Assembly (NCBI GenBank): GCA_030729045.1
Contig: JANQYF010000013.1
Span: 33,480-97,479 of the forward strand
Direction: 5' to 3'
Origin: Ilumatobacteraceae bacterium
GTDB lineage: Bacteria; Actinomycetota; Acidimicrobiia; Acidimicrobiales; Ilumatobacteraceae
DNA length: 64,000 nucleotides
Shown here piece after piece: positions 35,985-45,359 of the stretch. The translations under genes and the position numbers were made by a program. Below the pieces are notes generated by a model that saw nothing but the letters and a program-made list of their open reading frames with translations, had not been told where the DNA came from and searched no databases. Each line of letters begins with the position of its first letter. The stretch's first letter is position 1.

Positions 35985-37352
35985 GTGAACGTCGATAAAA
36001 AATTAGTCATCATCGGTGGTGGTCCTGCGGGTCATTCTGCAGCGTCTGCTGCTGCGCGCCGAGGCATATCGGTCACCTTGATTGAGCGTGAGATTCTCGG
36101 CGGCGCTGCACACCTGTTGGACTGCGTGCCTTCGAAGGCAATGATCGCTACCGGTGGCGCGATGAGCTTTACTGACAATTTGTCAGGCATGGGATTAGAG
36201 AATCGAACAGCCGAAGTTGATGTAGAGGCGCTCACGGCTCGTATTGAAAGCATAAAGAGTCGATTATCAAACGATGTTCATGCCTTGTTGCAGAGCCAAG
36301 GTGTCACAGTCATTCTTGGTACCGCTCGTCTTGCAAGCGCGCACACTGTGCATGTTGATGCTGCTGACGGAACTACTCATGTTCTTGAAGCCGACGACAT
36401 TCTCATTTCCACAGGCTCACGGCCACGCATTCCAAATTTTGTTATTCCTGATGGTGATCGCATTCTCACAACTCGCGATTGCTACCCGCCACGCAGTTTT
36501 CCTGACAGCGTCACAATCATTGGGTCAGGCGTAACCGGAGTTGAATTTGCACACATGTTTGCATCGTTCGGTTCAAAAGTAACTTTGGTAGTCAGTCGTC
36601 AACAGGTACTGCCAAGCAAAGACCCCGAAGTCGCAGCAGTGCTTGAAGATTCATTTCTTTCACGTGGCGTACGACTGTTCAAAGGTGCACGCGCAACTTC
36701 AGTTGAACGCACAGAGAATGGCGTTCGTGTTGTTTGCGACGACGGGCGCGTTTCTGAAACAACCCATGTGGTGCTTGCCATTGGATCTCTGCCAAACACT
36801 GAAGGACTTGGCCTTGAAGAAGTGGGTGTCGTTACAGATGGCGGATACATCCCCATCAACCGTCATTGCCAAAGCAATATCGAACACATTTATGCAGCAG
36901 GTGATGTCAGTGGAAAGCTTCCCTTGTCGTCAGTTGCGGCCATGCAAGGTCGCAAGGTTGCTGAACAAGTTGTGGGTGGCCCGAAAGGTCCGCACCGTCA
37001 TCTCGATTACGACAAAGCAGCATCTGCCATATTCACTGAACCTGAAATTGCTGATGTGGGCTTAGCGGAAGCGGAAGCTTTTGCGTCGGGTAGAAAAATT
37101 CGTGTCACAAAGGTGCCGTTCTCAACAACAGCAAAAGCACTAATCAATAATGACTCGCGAGGTTTCGTGAAGATCATTAGCGACCCTGCAACTGGTGAAG
37201 TGTTGGGCGGCTCAATTGTCGGCCGTCATGCAGCCGAGTTGATCAGCGTTATTGCTCTTGCAGTTACAGCAAACCTCAAAGTCACTGACATTGAAGAATC
37301 TTTGTTGGTGCACCCAGCGTTGGCAGAGGCCCTCGCTGATGCTGCCGAGTAA
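35985..37352 (+). CDS. pyridine nucleotide-disulfide oxidoreductase, LpdA (Rv3303c)-like NAD(P)H dehydrogenase
   Basis: 455-aa ORF with GGGPAG and a second GSGVTGVEFA dinucleotide motif. The usual redox CxxxxC is replaced by GGAAHLLDCVPSK (one Cys only), as I recall for M. tuberculosis LpdA. Confidence 0.78.
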   Translation: MNVDKKLVIIGGGPAGHSAASAAARRGISVTLIEREILGGAAHLLDCVPSKAMIATGGAMSFTDNLSGMGLENRTAEVDVEALTARIESIKSRLSNDVHALLQSQGVTVILGTARLASAHTVHVDAADGTTHVLEADDILISTGSRPRIPNFVIPDGDRILTTRDCYPPRSFPDSVTIIGSGVTGVEFAHMFASFGSKVTLVVSRQQVLPSKDPEVAAVLEDSFLSRGVRLFKGARATSVERTENGVRVVCDDGRVSETTHVVLAIGSLPNTEGLGLEEVGVVTDGGYIPINRHCQSNIEHIYAAGDVSGKLPLSSVAAMQGRKVAEQVVGGPKGPHRHLDYDKAASAIFTEPEIADVGLAEAEAFASGRKIRVTKVPFSTTAKALINNDSRGFVKIISDPATGEVLGGSIVGRHAAELISVIALAVTANLKVTDIEESLLVHPALAEALADAAE

Positions 37353-39122
37353 TTACTCGATAACTACTACAACGTCACCAGCGCCGACTGTGTCGCCGGT
37401 CTTGACGTTGATTGCCTTTACTACGCCTGATTTGTCTGCTTCGATTTGGTTTTCCATTTTCATGGCTTCCAAAACAACGACACTCTGACCAGCTTCAACT
37501 GTTTGTCCTACTTCAACAAGAACTTTGACAATTGTTCCCTGCATCGGTACAGACACCTTGCCGCTTCCGCCTCCGGCACCGCCGCCCGCTGCTGCGCTAC
37601 GTGTTGGCTTCTTGGCCTTTGCGCTTGGTGAAGCAACACCAGCAGATTCAGGAACCCACAACTTCACATCAAAGCGACGACCATTGACTTCAACCGTGGT
37701 GGTGCGCTGTACAAGAGGCTCGTTGTCGTCTCCGGCTGGAGTAACCGGCGCGGTACCAATATGTGACAAATCAAGAACTTCTTCAACCCACTTAGTTGAG
37801 TGAGTGACAGACGCAAAGTCGGGGTGTTCAAGAATTGCAATGTCTGCAGGAATGGTGGTGGCGATTCCTTCCACAACCATTTCTTTCAGTGCACGAATTG
37901 CACGTGCGATTGCGACATCGCGATCGCGACCCCACACAATTACTTTTCCGACAAGGTTGTCGTAGTACTGGCTTATCTCATCGCCTGATTCGTAACCGGC
38001 ATCAAAGCGCACACCAAAACCGTCTGGTGCAACAAGCTTTGTAATCGGTCCAGGAGATGGAAGGAACTTTCCACCAGCTGGGTTTTCGGCGTTAATGCGA
38101 ATTTCAATTGCATGACCGCGACGGGCAGCAAGAACTTCCTTTTGTGTCATCGGCAGTTTCTCGCCAGATGCAACACGAATCTGCCATTCAACAAGGTCGA
38201 TTCCTGTGATGACTTCTGTAACTGGATGCTCAACCTGAAGGCGAGTGTTCATTTCAAGGAAGAAGAAATCTCCGTCTTGGAAAATGAATTCCACGGTTCC
38301 GGCGTTGTAATAGCCAACAGCTTTTGCTGCCTTAACAGCAGCTGCACCCATTGCTTCTTCAACACCTGCTGGAAGACCAGGAGCTGGCGCTTCTTCAATG
38401 AGTTTTTGGTGGCGACGCTGTGCAGAGCAGTCACGAGTAGAAATCCATACAACGTTTCCGTGTTGGTCACCGACAAGTTGTACTTCAATGTGGCGAGGCC
38501 ATGTGAGGTAGCGCTCGATGTAAATCTCATCACGACCAAAGAAGCTCTTTGCTTCGCGCTGTGCTGAATCCATTGCTGCTTGCACTTCGTCAGCAGACTG
38601 AACGACTTTCATGCCGCGTCCGCCGCCACCGAAAGCAGCTTTAATTGCTAATGGCCAACCGTGTTCGTTTCCGAAGTCAGTGATTTCTTTTGCTGACGTA
38701 ACGAATTCTGTTGTGCCGGGAACGATAGGTGCTCCACCGCGCAGTGCTGCTTTGCGGCTTGAAACTTTGTCACCCATTTCGTCGATTGCTTCTGGCGGTG
38801 GCCCGATGAATGCAACTCCCATCGCTGTAATTGCGCGAGCGAAGTCTGGGTTCTCTGAAAAGAATCCGTAACCAGGGTGAACGGCATCTGCACCGCTGTC
38901 CTTGATGGCTTTGAGAATTGCCTCTGTGTTGAGGTAGCTGTCGGCTGCTGTTTGGCCGCCAAGTGCATACGCCTCATCGGCTAGACGCACGTGAAGGGCA
39001 TTGCGGTCGAGCTCGGAATAGACCGCCACGGTGGCGATTCCCATCTCTCGGGCAGCTCGGATAACTCGGACAGCGATTTCGCCGCGGTTGGCGATAAGGA
39101 TTTTCTTCAGCACAAGTGACAA
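37353..39122 (-). CDS. accA: acetyl/propionyl-CoA carboxylase alpha subunit (biotin carboxylase + BCCP)
   Basis: 589-aa ORF with KILIANRGEIAVR, an ATP-grasp core, and a C-terminal biotinyl domain carrying LEAMKMEN. Start is TTG 39122 or GTG 39113. Confidence 0.9.
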   Translation of the reverse strand: MSLVLKKILIANRGEIAVRVIRAAREMGIATVAVYSELDRNALHVRLADEAYALGGQTAADSYLNTEAILKAIKDSGADAVHPGYGFFSENPDFARAITAMGVAFIGPPPEAIDEMGDKVSSRKAALRGGAPIVPGTTEFVTSAKEITDFGNEHGWPLAIKAAFGGGGRGMKVVQSADEVQAAMDSAQREAKSFFGRDEIYIERYLTWPRHIEVQLVGDQHGNVVWISTRDCSAQRRHQKLIEEAPAPGLPAGVEEAMGAAAVKAAKAVGYYNAGTVEFIFQDGDFFFLEMNTRLQVEHPVTEVITGIDLVEWQIRVASGEKLPMTQKEVLAARRGHAIEIRINAENPAGGKFLPSPGPITKLVAPDGFGVRFDAGYESGDEISQYYDNLVGKVIVWGRDRDVAIARAIRALKEMVVEGIATTIPADIAILEHPDFASVTHSTKWVEEVLDLSHIGTAPVTPAGDDNEPLVQRTTTVEVNGRRFDVKLWVPESAGVASPSAKAKKPTRSAAAGGGAGGGSGKVSVPMQGTIVKVLVEVGQTVEAGQSVVVLEAMKMENQIEADKSGVVKAINVKTGDTVGAGDVVVVIE

Positions 39123-39132
39123 TCTTTATCTA

Positions 39133-39882
39133 GTGGACCCCTCAATTGCTAACTCATCGAGCCAATGGCTCATTCAGACCGTTTCCGAGACGGGCAGCAC
39201 CAATGCTGACCTCATGGAGGCTGGAGCTCTCGGGGCCCCAGATCGCAGCGTTCTGAGGGCAGACTTCCAATCTGCAGGCCGCGGGCGCTTAGATCGCACC
39301 TGGGAGGCACCTCGTGGGGCGAACCTGCTGGTCTCTCTGTTGTTTCGCACAATCCCGACACACCTTCACGTATTGACTCAAGCGGTGGCTCTGTCGGGGG
39401 TCATCGTTGCTCGGGATCTATGTGGAGTGCAGGCTCAATTGAAGTGGCCGAACGACATTTTGGTGGGCCAGGACAAGTTGTCTGGCATCTTGGCTCAAGC
39501 AGCTCCTGTTGATGAAGCGGGACATGTGCCGTTCGTTGTGGTCGGTATTGGGTGCAATTTGTCATGGGCACCTCCCGGTGGGGCATCGCTTGCAAGTTGT
39601 GGCTGGACGCGTGCGGTTACTCCTGATGAGTTTCTTGCAGCAATGCTTCCAGAGATTGACAGGTTGTTATTGCTTGATGACATGGCAATGCACGAGGAGT
39701 ATTTGGCCAATTTGGCAACTGTCGGAACGCAAGTACGAGCCGAGATGCCAAATGGGGAACACATCATTGGTCGCGCTCTTACGGTGGAACCAGATGGTCG
39801 TTTAGTGATTTTGGATGACTGTGCCATCAGTCATCGCATTGACACTGCAGATGTAGTGCATCTCCGACCAGCCTCAGACTGA
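39133..39882 (+). CDS. birA: biotin--[acetyl-CoA-carboxylase] ligase
   Basis: Motifs GSTNADL, QSAGRGRLDRTWEAP (GRGRxxRxW) and KWPNDIL. The ORF-track start 39031 overlaps accA, so in-frame GTG 39133 is chosen. The gene is divergent from accA. Confidence 0.83.
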   Translation: MDPSIANSSSQWLIQTVSETGSTNADLMEAGALGAPDRSVLRADFQSAGRGRLDRTWEAPRGANLLVSLLFRTIPTHLHVLTQAVALSGVIVARDLCGVQAQLKWPNDILVGQDKLSGILAQAAPVDEAGHVPFVVVGIGCNLSWAPPGGASLASCGWTRAVTPDEFLAAMLPEIDRLLLLDDMAMHEEYLANLATVGTQVRAEMPNGEHIIGRALTVEPDGRLVILDDCAISHRIDTADVVHLRPASD

Positions 39883-39895
39883 CTACCGTGGTCAT

Positions 39896-40906
39896 GTGCT
39901 GACTGATGGGAAATTCTCGCGACTTGTGGGGTCTCCTCGATGGATGATCGTGGGATGTGTTGCTTTAGTGATGTCTCTTGCCGGTGCTCTTGGCATAGTT
40001 CGCGCAACTAATTCCCATCTTGATTCAGTTCGTCGGGTGCCTGCAGCAACTCCTGCATTGTCGCCGCCAAGTGACGGCGTAGAGAACTATTTGTTAGTCG
40101 GTTCAGACTCACGGGCCAGTGCCGACCCGACCGATGAAGATTTCGCAACAGTAGGAACTGAGGAAGCAAACCCAGGAATGCGTTCTGACACGTTGATTCT
40201 TGTGCGTTACGACACCAAAGCAAAACAAGTTTCCATGATGTCTATTCCACGTGACTTATGGGTACGCATGTCAGACAACGACAGGTTCGCAAAAGTAAAT
40301 GCTGCGTATCAGCGCGGAGCGGATGTTTTGGTACGAACAGTGCAACGAGCATTGAATGTGCCAATTCACCATTACATCGAGATCAATTTTTCTGGCTTCA
40401 AGCAGATTGTCGATTCAATTGGTGGAGTGCATGTGTGCGTTCCGCGCGCATCACGCGACAAATTCACGGGGTTCCACATCGGTCGAAAGGCCTGCAAACT
40501 GCAATCAGGTGTTGAAGCACTGAGTTATGCACGAGCTCGCCATCTTGAAGAAAAGATTGATGGAGTGTGGCGATTGGAAGGTACCGGAGACGTAGGTCGC
40601 GGTACTCGTCAACGTGCATTTATGTCAATGCTGGCAAAAGACGCCGTGAAGTATCTGGCGCAACATCCTCTTGATGCTCACAATGTTCTCGATGCATTTG
40701 GTGCTGCAGTGTCAGTTGATGAACGGCTTGACCTCATTGATCTCGCGCGCAAATTGCGACCAATCGGTGACGGAACTGCTATCTCGTACGCATTGCCCGT
40801 GTCTGATGGTTGGGCGGGGGATCAGTTTGTCTTTCGCCTTGCAAATGAAGCGCCGCCGTTGTTGGCATATTTTGCAGGACTTGGTCCGGCGCCCGCGGCT
40901 AGTTAA
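39896..40906 (+). CDS. LCP (LytR-CpsA-Psr) family protein
   Basis: 336-aa ORF with an N-terminal TM anchor, then NYLLVGSDSR, RSDTLILVRYD, SIPRDLWV and LSYARARH motifs. Confidence 0.85.
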   Translation: MLTDGKFSRLVGSPRWMIVGCVALVMSLAGALGIVRATNSHLDSVRRVPAATPALSPPSDGVENYLLVGSDSRASADPTDEDFATVGTEEANPGMRSDTLILVRYDTKAKQVSMMSIPRDLWVRMSDNDRFAKVNAAYQRGADVLVRTVQRALNVPIHHYIEINFSGFKQIVDSIGGVHVCVPRASRDKFTGFHIGRKACKLQSGVEALSYARARHLEEKIDGVWRLEGTGDVGRGTRQRAFMSMLAKDAVKYLAQHPLDAHNVLDAFGAAVSVDERLDLIDLARKLRPIGDGTAISYALPVSDGWAGDQFVFRLANEAPPLLAYFAGLGPAPAAS

Positions 40907-42771
40907 TCAGTCGCTTGAATTATTAGCGCTGTAGTTCTGCGCAACTTGGTTGTAAACGCTTCAGCAGAAATTGGCTCACCAATTCGATTGCCTTGCAATA
41001 AGTCGCATCCAAGAACTTTGAGGCGCTGTACGTGGTCCTCTGTAGTTACCCATTCGGCACACACGATCAGGTTCAAGGAGTGAGCCAACTGAATAAGTGA
41101 ACGAACCATTGGGTCGTCGCCGCCATCTGTCCGTCCAACATCTCGCACCAATGTTCCGTCCAGCTTTAACAAGTCGGCAGGGAAGGTGCGTAGTGAAGCT
41201 AATGATGAGTAGCCGGCACCAAAGTCATCAACGGCGATGCGAACACCTTGGCGTTTGAGAGCAGTGACTGTGCGCAGAACTGAAGGGTTGTTGTCGACAA
41301 GAGTCGCCTCAGAAGTTTCAAACACCAATTGAGAACCTTCAAGGTTGTTGTCTCGCAAGATGGTGAGCGCACGATCAACAAACGTGATGTCAGATAGTTG
41401 ACGACGTGATGCATTGACATGAATTGCCATGACACGATCAACGAGGCCCGTAGAGATCCATTCGGCAACAGTGCGGGCGCTTTCGTTCAATACCCAGTCA
41501 CCAATGGGCGCGATGAGTCCTGATTCGTCTGCGAGGTCGAGGAATGCGCCAGGTGCGAGAAGTCCGCGCGTTGGGTGGTTCCAGCGCAACAGGGCTTCTG
41601 CAGCAACGACACGGCCAGTATGAGCTGATTCGATTGGTTGAAAGACCACTGCGAATTGATCGCCAGCCAGGGCTTGTTCAAGTTCTGAAGCAAGTGTTTG
41701 ACGTGCCTTGGCGGCTGTACGCATGTCTTCGCTGTATAACTCTGACCGACCGCGACCGCGTTGCTTTGCGCGATACATGGCCGTGTCGGCTGATCGTAAA
41801 AGCGTGACTGCAGCATCTGCAGCTGATTCTGTGTTCAGAAGCTCTGGCGTAGACATCGCAACTCCGATACTTGCGCCCGCTTCAATTTCAACACCTTGCA
41901 ATACCAATGGACCAGTGATTGAAGTGCGAATTCGTTCGGCAACATCAAGTGCAACTTGTTCATCTAGTAGTCCTTCGCATAACACAACAAACTCGTCACC
42001 ACTGATGCGTGCAACCAAGTCACTTGGTCGGGTGGCTGCAGCTAGCCGGCGTGCGACAGTAACAATTAGTTGGTCGCCAACGGCATGACCAATGGTGTCA
42101 TTGACATGTTTTAGTTTGTCAAGATCAATGAACAACACTGCAACACTGGAATGTGTAGTTTTGCTGCGTTCAAGAGCTTCAGTTGTCTTGCGTTCAAACA
42201 GCACTCGGTTCGGCAATCCGGTTAGTGCATCGTGTGTAGCTTGTCGTGCAAGTTCCGCCTGAGACTGGCGTTCTTCTGTGATGTCACGGGTGATAGTTGC
42301 CCAATGATGAACGCTTCCATTTGCATCACGTACTACTTGCACCACAACAGACAAGGTGCGTGCGATGCCATCTGGTGAGCGAAATCCGATCTCGCCCTCC
42401 CAGCGATGCGAAGAATCGGCTGGCGGCGCAGCATCGAGCAACACGCGGGGCAGTTGATCGCGCACTGCCTGCATGAAAGTACGGGCAGCAACATCGCCGG
42501 CACCTGCGCCAGGGTCTGTAACGCCAATCAAAGTGCGAGCCGTGTCGTTAGCAAACATGAGCTCACCAACACGGTCAAAGACAAGTACGGCATCACCAGA
42601 AACATCAAGCAGTCCGACAAGCTGGTCAGACAGTTGGCGTTGTGTCACAAGCGTTGTGCAATCAATTGCAGTTCCGATATATCCGGCAAGTGCACCATCG
42701 ATGACAACGGGTTGAGTGGCAACTTGAATCCACATCACTTCACCAGTTGCTAATCCGATTCGAAACTCCAC
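40903..42771 (-). CDS. PAS-GGDEF-EAL signalling protein (c-di-GMP turnover)
   Basis: 622 aa from the first canonical start (GTG 42771). The GGDEF domain has RPSD (I-site) plus SGDEF. The EAL domain has EALLRW, DDFGAGYSS and QGN. The frame stays open, and encodes PAS-like sequence, up to 43011 (see findings). Confidence 0.85.
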   Translation of the reverse strand: MEFRIGLATGEVMWIQVATQPVVIDGALAGYIGTAIDCTTLVTQRQLSDQLVGLLDVSGDAVLVFDRVGELMFANDTARTLIGVTDPGAGAGDVAARTFMQAVRDQLPRVLLDAAPPADSSHRWEGEIGFRSPDGIARTLSVVVQVVRDANGSVHHWATITRDITEERQSQAELARQATHDALTGLPNRVLFERKTTEALERSKTTHSSVAVLFIDLDKLKHVNDTIGHAVGDQLIVTVARRLAAATRPSDLVARISGDEFVVLCEGLLDEQVALDVAERIRTSITGPLVLQGVEIEAGASIGVAMSTPELLNTESAADAAVTLLRSADTAMYRAKQRGRGRSELYSEDMRTAAKARQTLASELEQALAGDQFAVVFQPIESAHTGRVVAAEALLRWNHPTRGLLAPGAFLDLADESGLIAPIGDWVLNESARTVAEWISTGLVDRVMAIHVNASRRQLSDITFVDRALTILRDNNLEGSQLVFETSEATLVDNNPSVLRTVTALKRQGVRIAVDDFGAGYSSLASLRTFPADLLKLDGTLVRDVGRTDGGDDPMVRSLIQLAHSLNLIVCAEWVTTEDHVQRLKVLGCDLLQGNRIGEPISAEAFTTKLRRTTALIIQATD

Positions 42772-43075
42772 GGTGAATGTTTCGCCACTGTCACGATGTT
42801 GTACCCACCGACGTTCACATTCGGTGCGTTCATGCGGCAGTGCATTGACCCACGGTGCTGTACCAACACTCAGTGGTGCTCCACCAAGGACTAACGAGCG
42901 AAAAGCATCGTTGCCCGCAGTGAGACGACAATTGATGTCGGTCTCAAAGATGCCAATTGGCAGGGCGGTGGTGGAGAAGTCGATGGATCTATTCTCACAG
43001 ATTGAACACCCTTAGCGGTGGAACAACCCCCCAGCGTGTTCGGTTCAGGGAGGCGAGGTCACTATCCTGTCAAGG

Positions 43076-43993
43076 ATGCCTATACCGCAATTGTCTTCTT
43101 TGGGAGATCCTCTCTGTCTCATGACAATTCATGCTCATCCTGATGATGAAGCCTCAAAAGGTGCCCCCACGGTTGCCAAGTACTACTCGGAAGGGGTGCG
43201 CACCGTGCTTGTGTGCTGCACAGGCGGAGAAGAGGGCGACCTGCAGAACCCGGCATTGCGTGAGCCAGGCCAGCCCTTTCACAACATGACCCCAGAACAA
43301 GAGCGTGCCCACTTGGCAATTGTTCGTCCGGAAGAGTTGCGCAAATCGGTCGAAGCAATCGGCTTCTCTGCTTTGCATATGTTGGGTTACCGAGATTCAG
43401 GCATGGCTGGGTCTGAATCAAACAACAATCCTGATTGCTTTCATATGGCAGATCTTGACGAAGCAGCAGGACGACTTGTCCGACTGATTCGCCTCGAGCG
43501 GCCTCATGTCATTCTCACGTACAACGATGACCAGGCCAGTTATCCGCACCCTGATCACTTGCGGGTGCACGATGCCAGTGTGTTGGCATTTGATCGTGCG
43601 GGCGATCCTGCGTGGTATCCGGAAGCTGGCGAGCCGTGGCAACCACAAAAGATGTATTACACACTGTGGGCAAAAGAGCGAATTTTGGCTGTTCATGAAG
43701 CATTGGTGTTGAAATACGGTGAGTCACCATTCGACGAGAATTGGCGTAACCGCCCGTCACAAGATCATCGCGTCACAACTCGTTTACACATTGGTGATTA
43801 TCTCTATGCGCGTACGCAATCGTTGCGTGCGCATGCAACACAAGTAGATCCTGCTGCCAAGTTTTGGTTTGGGCTTACCGATGAAGAACTAGCTGATGTG
43901 TACCCGTGGGAAGATTGGATTCTTGCGCAGAGTCATCATCGTGAAGTCCCAGAAGGAATGATGGAAACCGACATGTTTGTCGGTATTCGTTAG
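43076..43993 (+). CDS. mca: mycothiol conjugate amidase Mca / MshB-type PIG-L (LmbE) deacetylase
   Basis: 305-aa ORF. MTIHAHPDDEASKGAPTVAKY...CCTGGEEG is the LmbE zinc motif with the SKGA extension, which I recall as Mca-like. Confidence 0.75.
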   Translation: MPIPQLSSLGDPLCLMTIHAHPDDEASKGAPTVAKYYSEGVRTVLVCCTGGEEGDLQNPALREPGQPFHNMTPEQERAHLAIVRPEELRKSVEAIGFSALHMLGYRDSGMAGSESNNNPDCFHMADLDEAAGRLVRLIRLERPHVILTYNDDQASYPHPDHLRVHDASVLAFDRAGDPAWYPEAGEPWQPQKMYYTLWAKERILAVHEALVLKYGESPFDENWRNRPSQDHRVTTRLHIGDYLYARTQSLRAHATQVDPAAKFWFGLTDEELADVYPWEDWILAQSHHREVPEGMMETDMFVGIR

Positions 43994-44829
43994 CCAAGAC
44001 GCATAGCGTCGCGTAATTCGCGATAGCCAATAAGCACAGCGCCACTTGCAGTAACAGCGTGTCGCAATTCATCGCTTGTAGCGAGCGCAAGATCATCAAT
44101 CCAGCCAGTTGCCACTTCGCCTAATGCGCGTACTTCAGCTGTATCAATTGACGGCTGTACATGAATTTCTGTCACGCCTGGTTCAAGTGAAGCAAACGCA
44201 GAAAGAACTCGTTCACGGCTACCTGTACGCCAGTCGTGATCAAAATGATCAGGAAACACGATGCCTTCGTCTGCCGCTAATTGACGGAATGGAAAACCGG
44301 CGGCATCGGCTGAAATTGTGGAAGGCAAACGAATGGGGAGTTTGAATTCCACTGCAAGTTCCAGATACACATCAAAGAATTCTGGGCGCAAAGTGATTGA
44401 AGTCAAGTGTGGTGCAAGGTGAGAGACATCAATTCCCCATGCCAGTGCTCGTTCAATTTGTACTCGGCATTCGCGCAACACTTCGGTTGAATCAGCGTGT
44501 TCCCACAGGTCATCAACTGAGCGAGGAAAGCCCCCTTCGCCTGACAATAACGATGGTGCATGAGTAAGCGGACCCCACCGGTACAGCGGGTGTTCGGCAT
44601 TGAGTGTGAGATGAACGCCAATGTCTTCGCCCGTGTATTGATCTGCTGCGTAACGTGCCCACGGTGCAGGAACCATGATTGATGCACATGTTGCAACGCC
44701 ATCACGAATTGCTTGGTACACGCCTTCAGTCGCGCCATGGCACGACCCGAGGTCATCACACGAGATGATGACGAGCCGAGCGTCGTCTTGATGGCCTAAG
44801 CGAGAGGCAAGAGAGCGACTGTTCGACAT
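43990..44829 (-). CDS. ChbG/YdjC family carbohydrate deacetylase
   Basis: 279-aa ORF whose N-terminal LVIISCDDLGSCHGATEGVYQAIRDGVATCASIMV matches the YdjC-like pattern. Confidence 0.68.
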   Translation of the reverse strand: MSNSRSLASRLGHQDDARLVIISCDDLGSCHGATEGVYQAIRDGVATCASIMVPAPWARYAADQYTGEDIGVHLTLNAEHPLYRWGPLTHAPSLLSGEGGFPRSVDDLWEHADSTEVLRECRVQIERALAWGIDVSHLAPHLTSITLRPEFFDVYLELAVEFKLPIRLPSTISADAAGFPFRQLAADEGIVFPDHFDHDWRTGSRERVLSAFASLEPGVTEIHVQPSIDTAEVRALGEVATGWIDDLALATSDELRHAVTASGAVLIGYRELRDAMRLG

Positions 44830-44838
44830 AAAGAAACC

Positions 44839-45345
44839 CTACCCGCGACAGTGTGCCCATAGTCCGAGATTGGCCTGCTGTGCTGAATATGAAGCGGCGG
44901 CAAAATCGGATTCGAATGCTGTGTTCGGTGCAATGGAAAGTGGCACGCCCCATCCGCCCGCAAGTAATTCCATGTTCACAAAAAGGTTGTCTGCTGTTCG
45001 GAACACGTATGCCAGTAACCGCTTGTATCGGTCGCGTGCTTCTACGTCACGAACGACGTACACATCAGTGCCTGGCGGCAGCAGTGCCGCTGTGTACGCA
45101 GATGCTTCTGGACCCCAGCAACCAACTGGTTTAGTGGGGTGCTTTGTTTCGGGAGTATCAACTCCGATGAGGCGAATCTTTTCTGTGGCGCTACCAAAGC
45201 GAACAGCGACAGTGTCGCCGTCTGCTGCTTTGGTGACGACGCCGTGGACACGACCGTCTGGTGCAACCGTTACTTGTTTTTGGGCGCAGCCGAACAGAAG
45301 TGCCGAAAAGAGGACAGCCGTAATGGCCACATGAATGCGCGCCAT
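44839..45345 (-). CDS. thermonuclease (SNase-like) family lipoprotein
   Basis: Met at 45345 is preceded by AAAGGAG. It has a lipobox-like signal (LLFGC), then DGDTVAV...IRLIGVDTPET, typical of staphylococcal-nuclease homologues. Confidence 0.8.
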   Translation of the reverse strand: MARIHVAITAVLFSALLFGCAQKQVTVAPDGRVHGVVTKAADGDTVAVRFGSATEKIRLIGVDTPETKHPTKPVGCWGPEASAYTAALLPPGTDVYVVRDVEARDRYKRLLAYVFRTADNLFVNMELLAGGWGVPLSIAPNTAFESDFAAASYSAQQANLGLWAHCRG

Positions 45346-45359
45346 GCGCGCTCCTTTGT

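Noticed and set aside
42773-43015. The plus-strand 80-aa ORF in the apparent gap between the GGDEF-EAL gene and mca.
   Set aside because: The opposite strand encodes a coherent PAS-like sequence contiguous with the GGDEF-EAL protein. The plus-strand ORF is most likely its antisense shadow.
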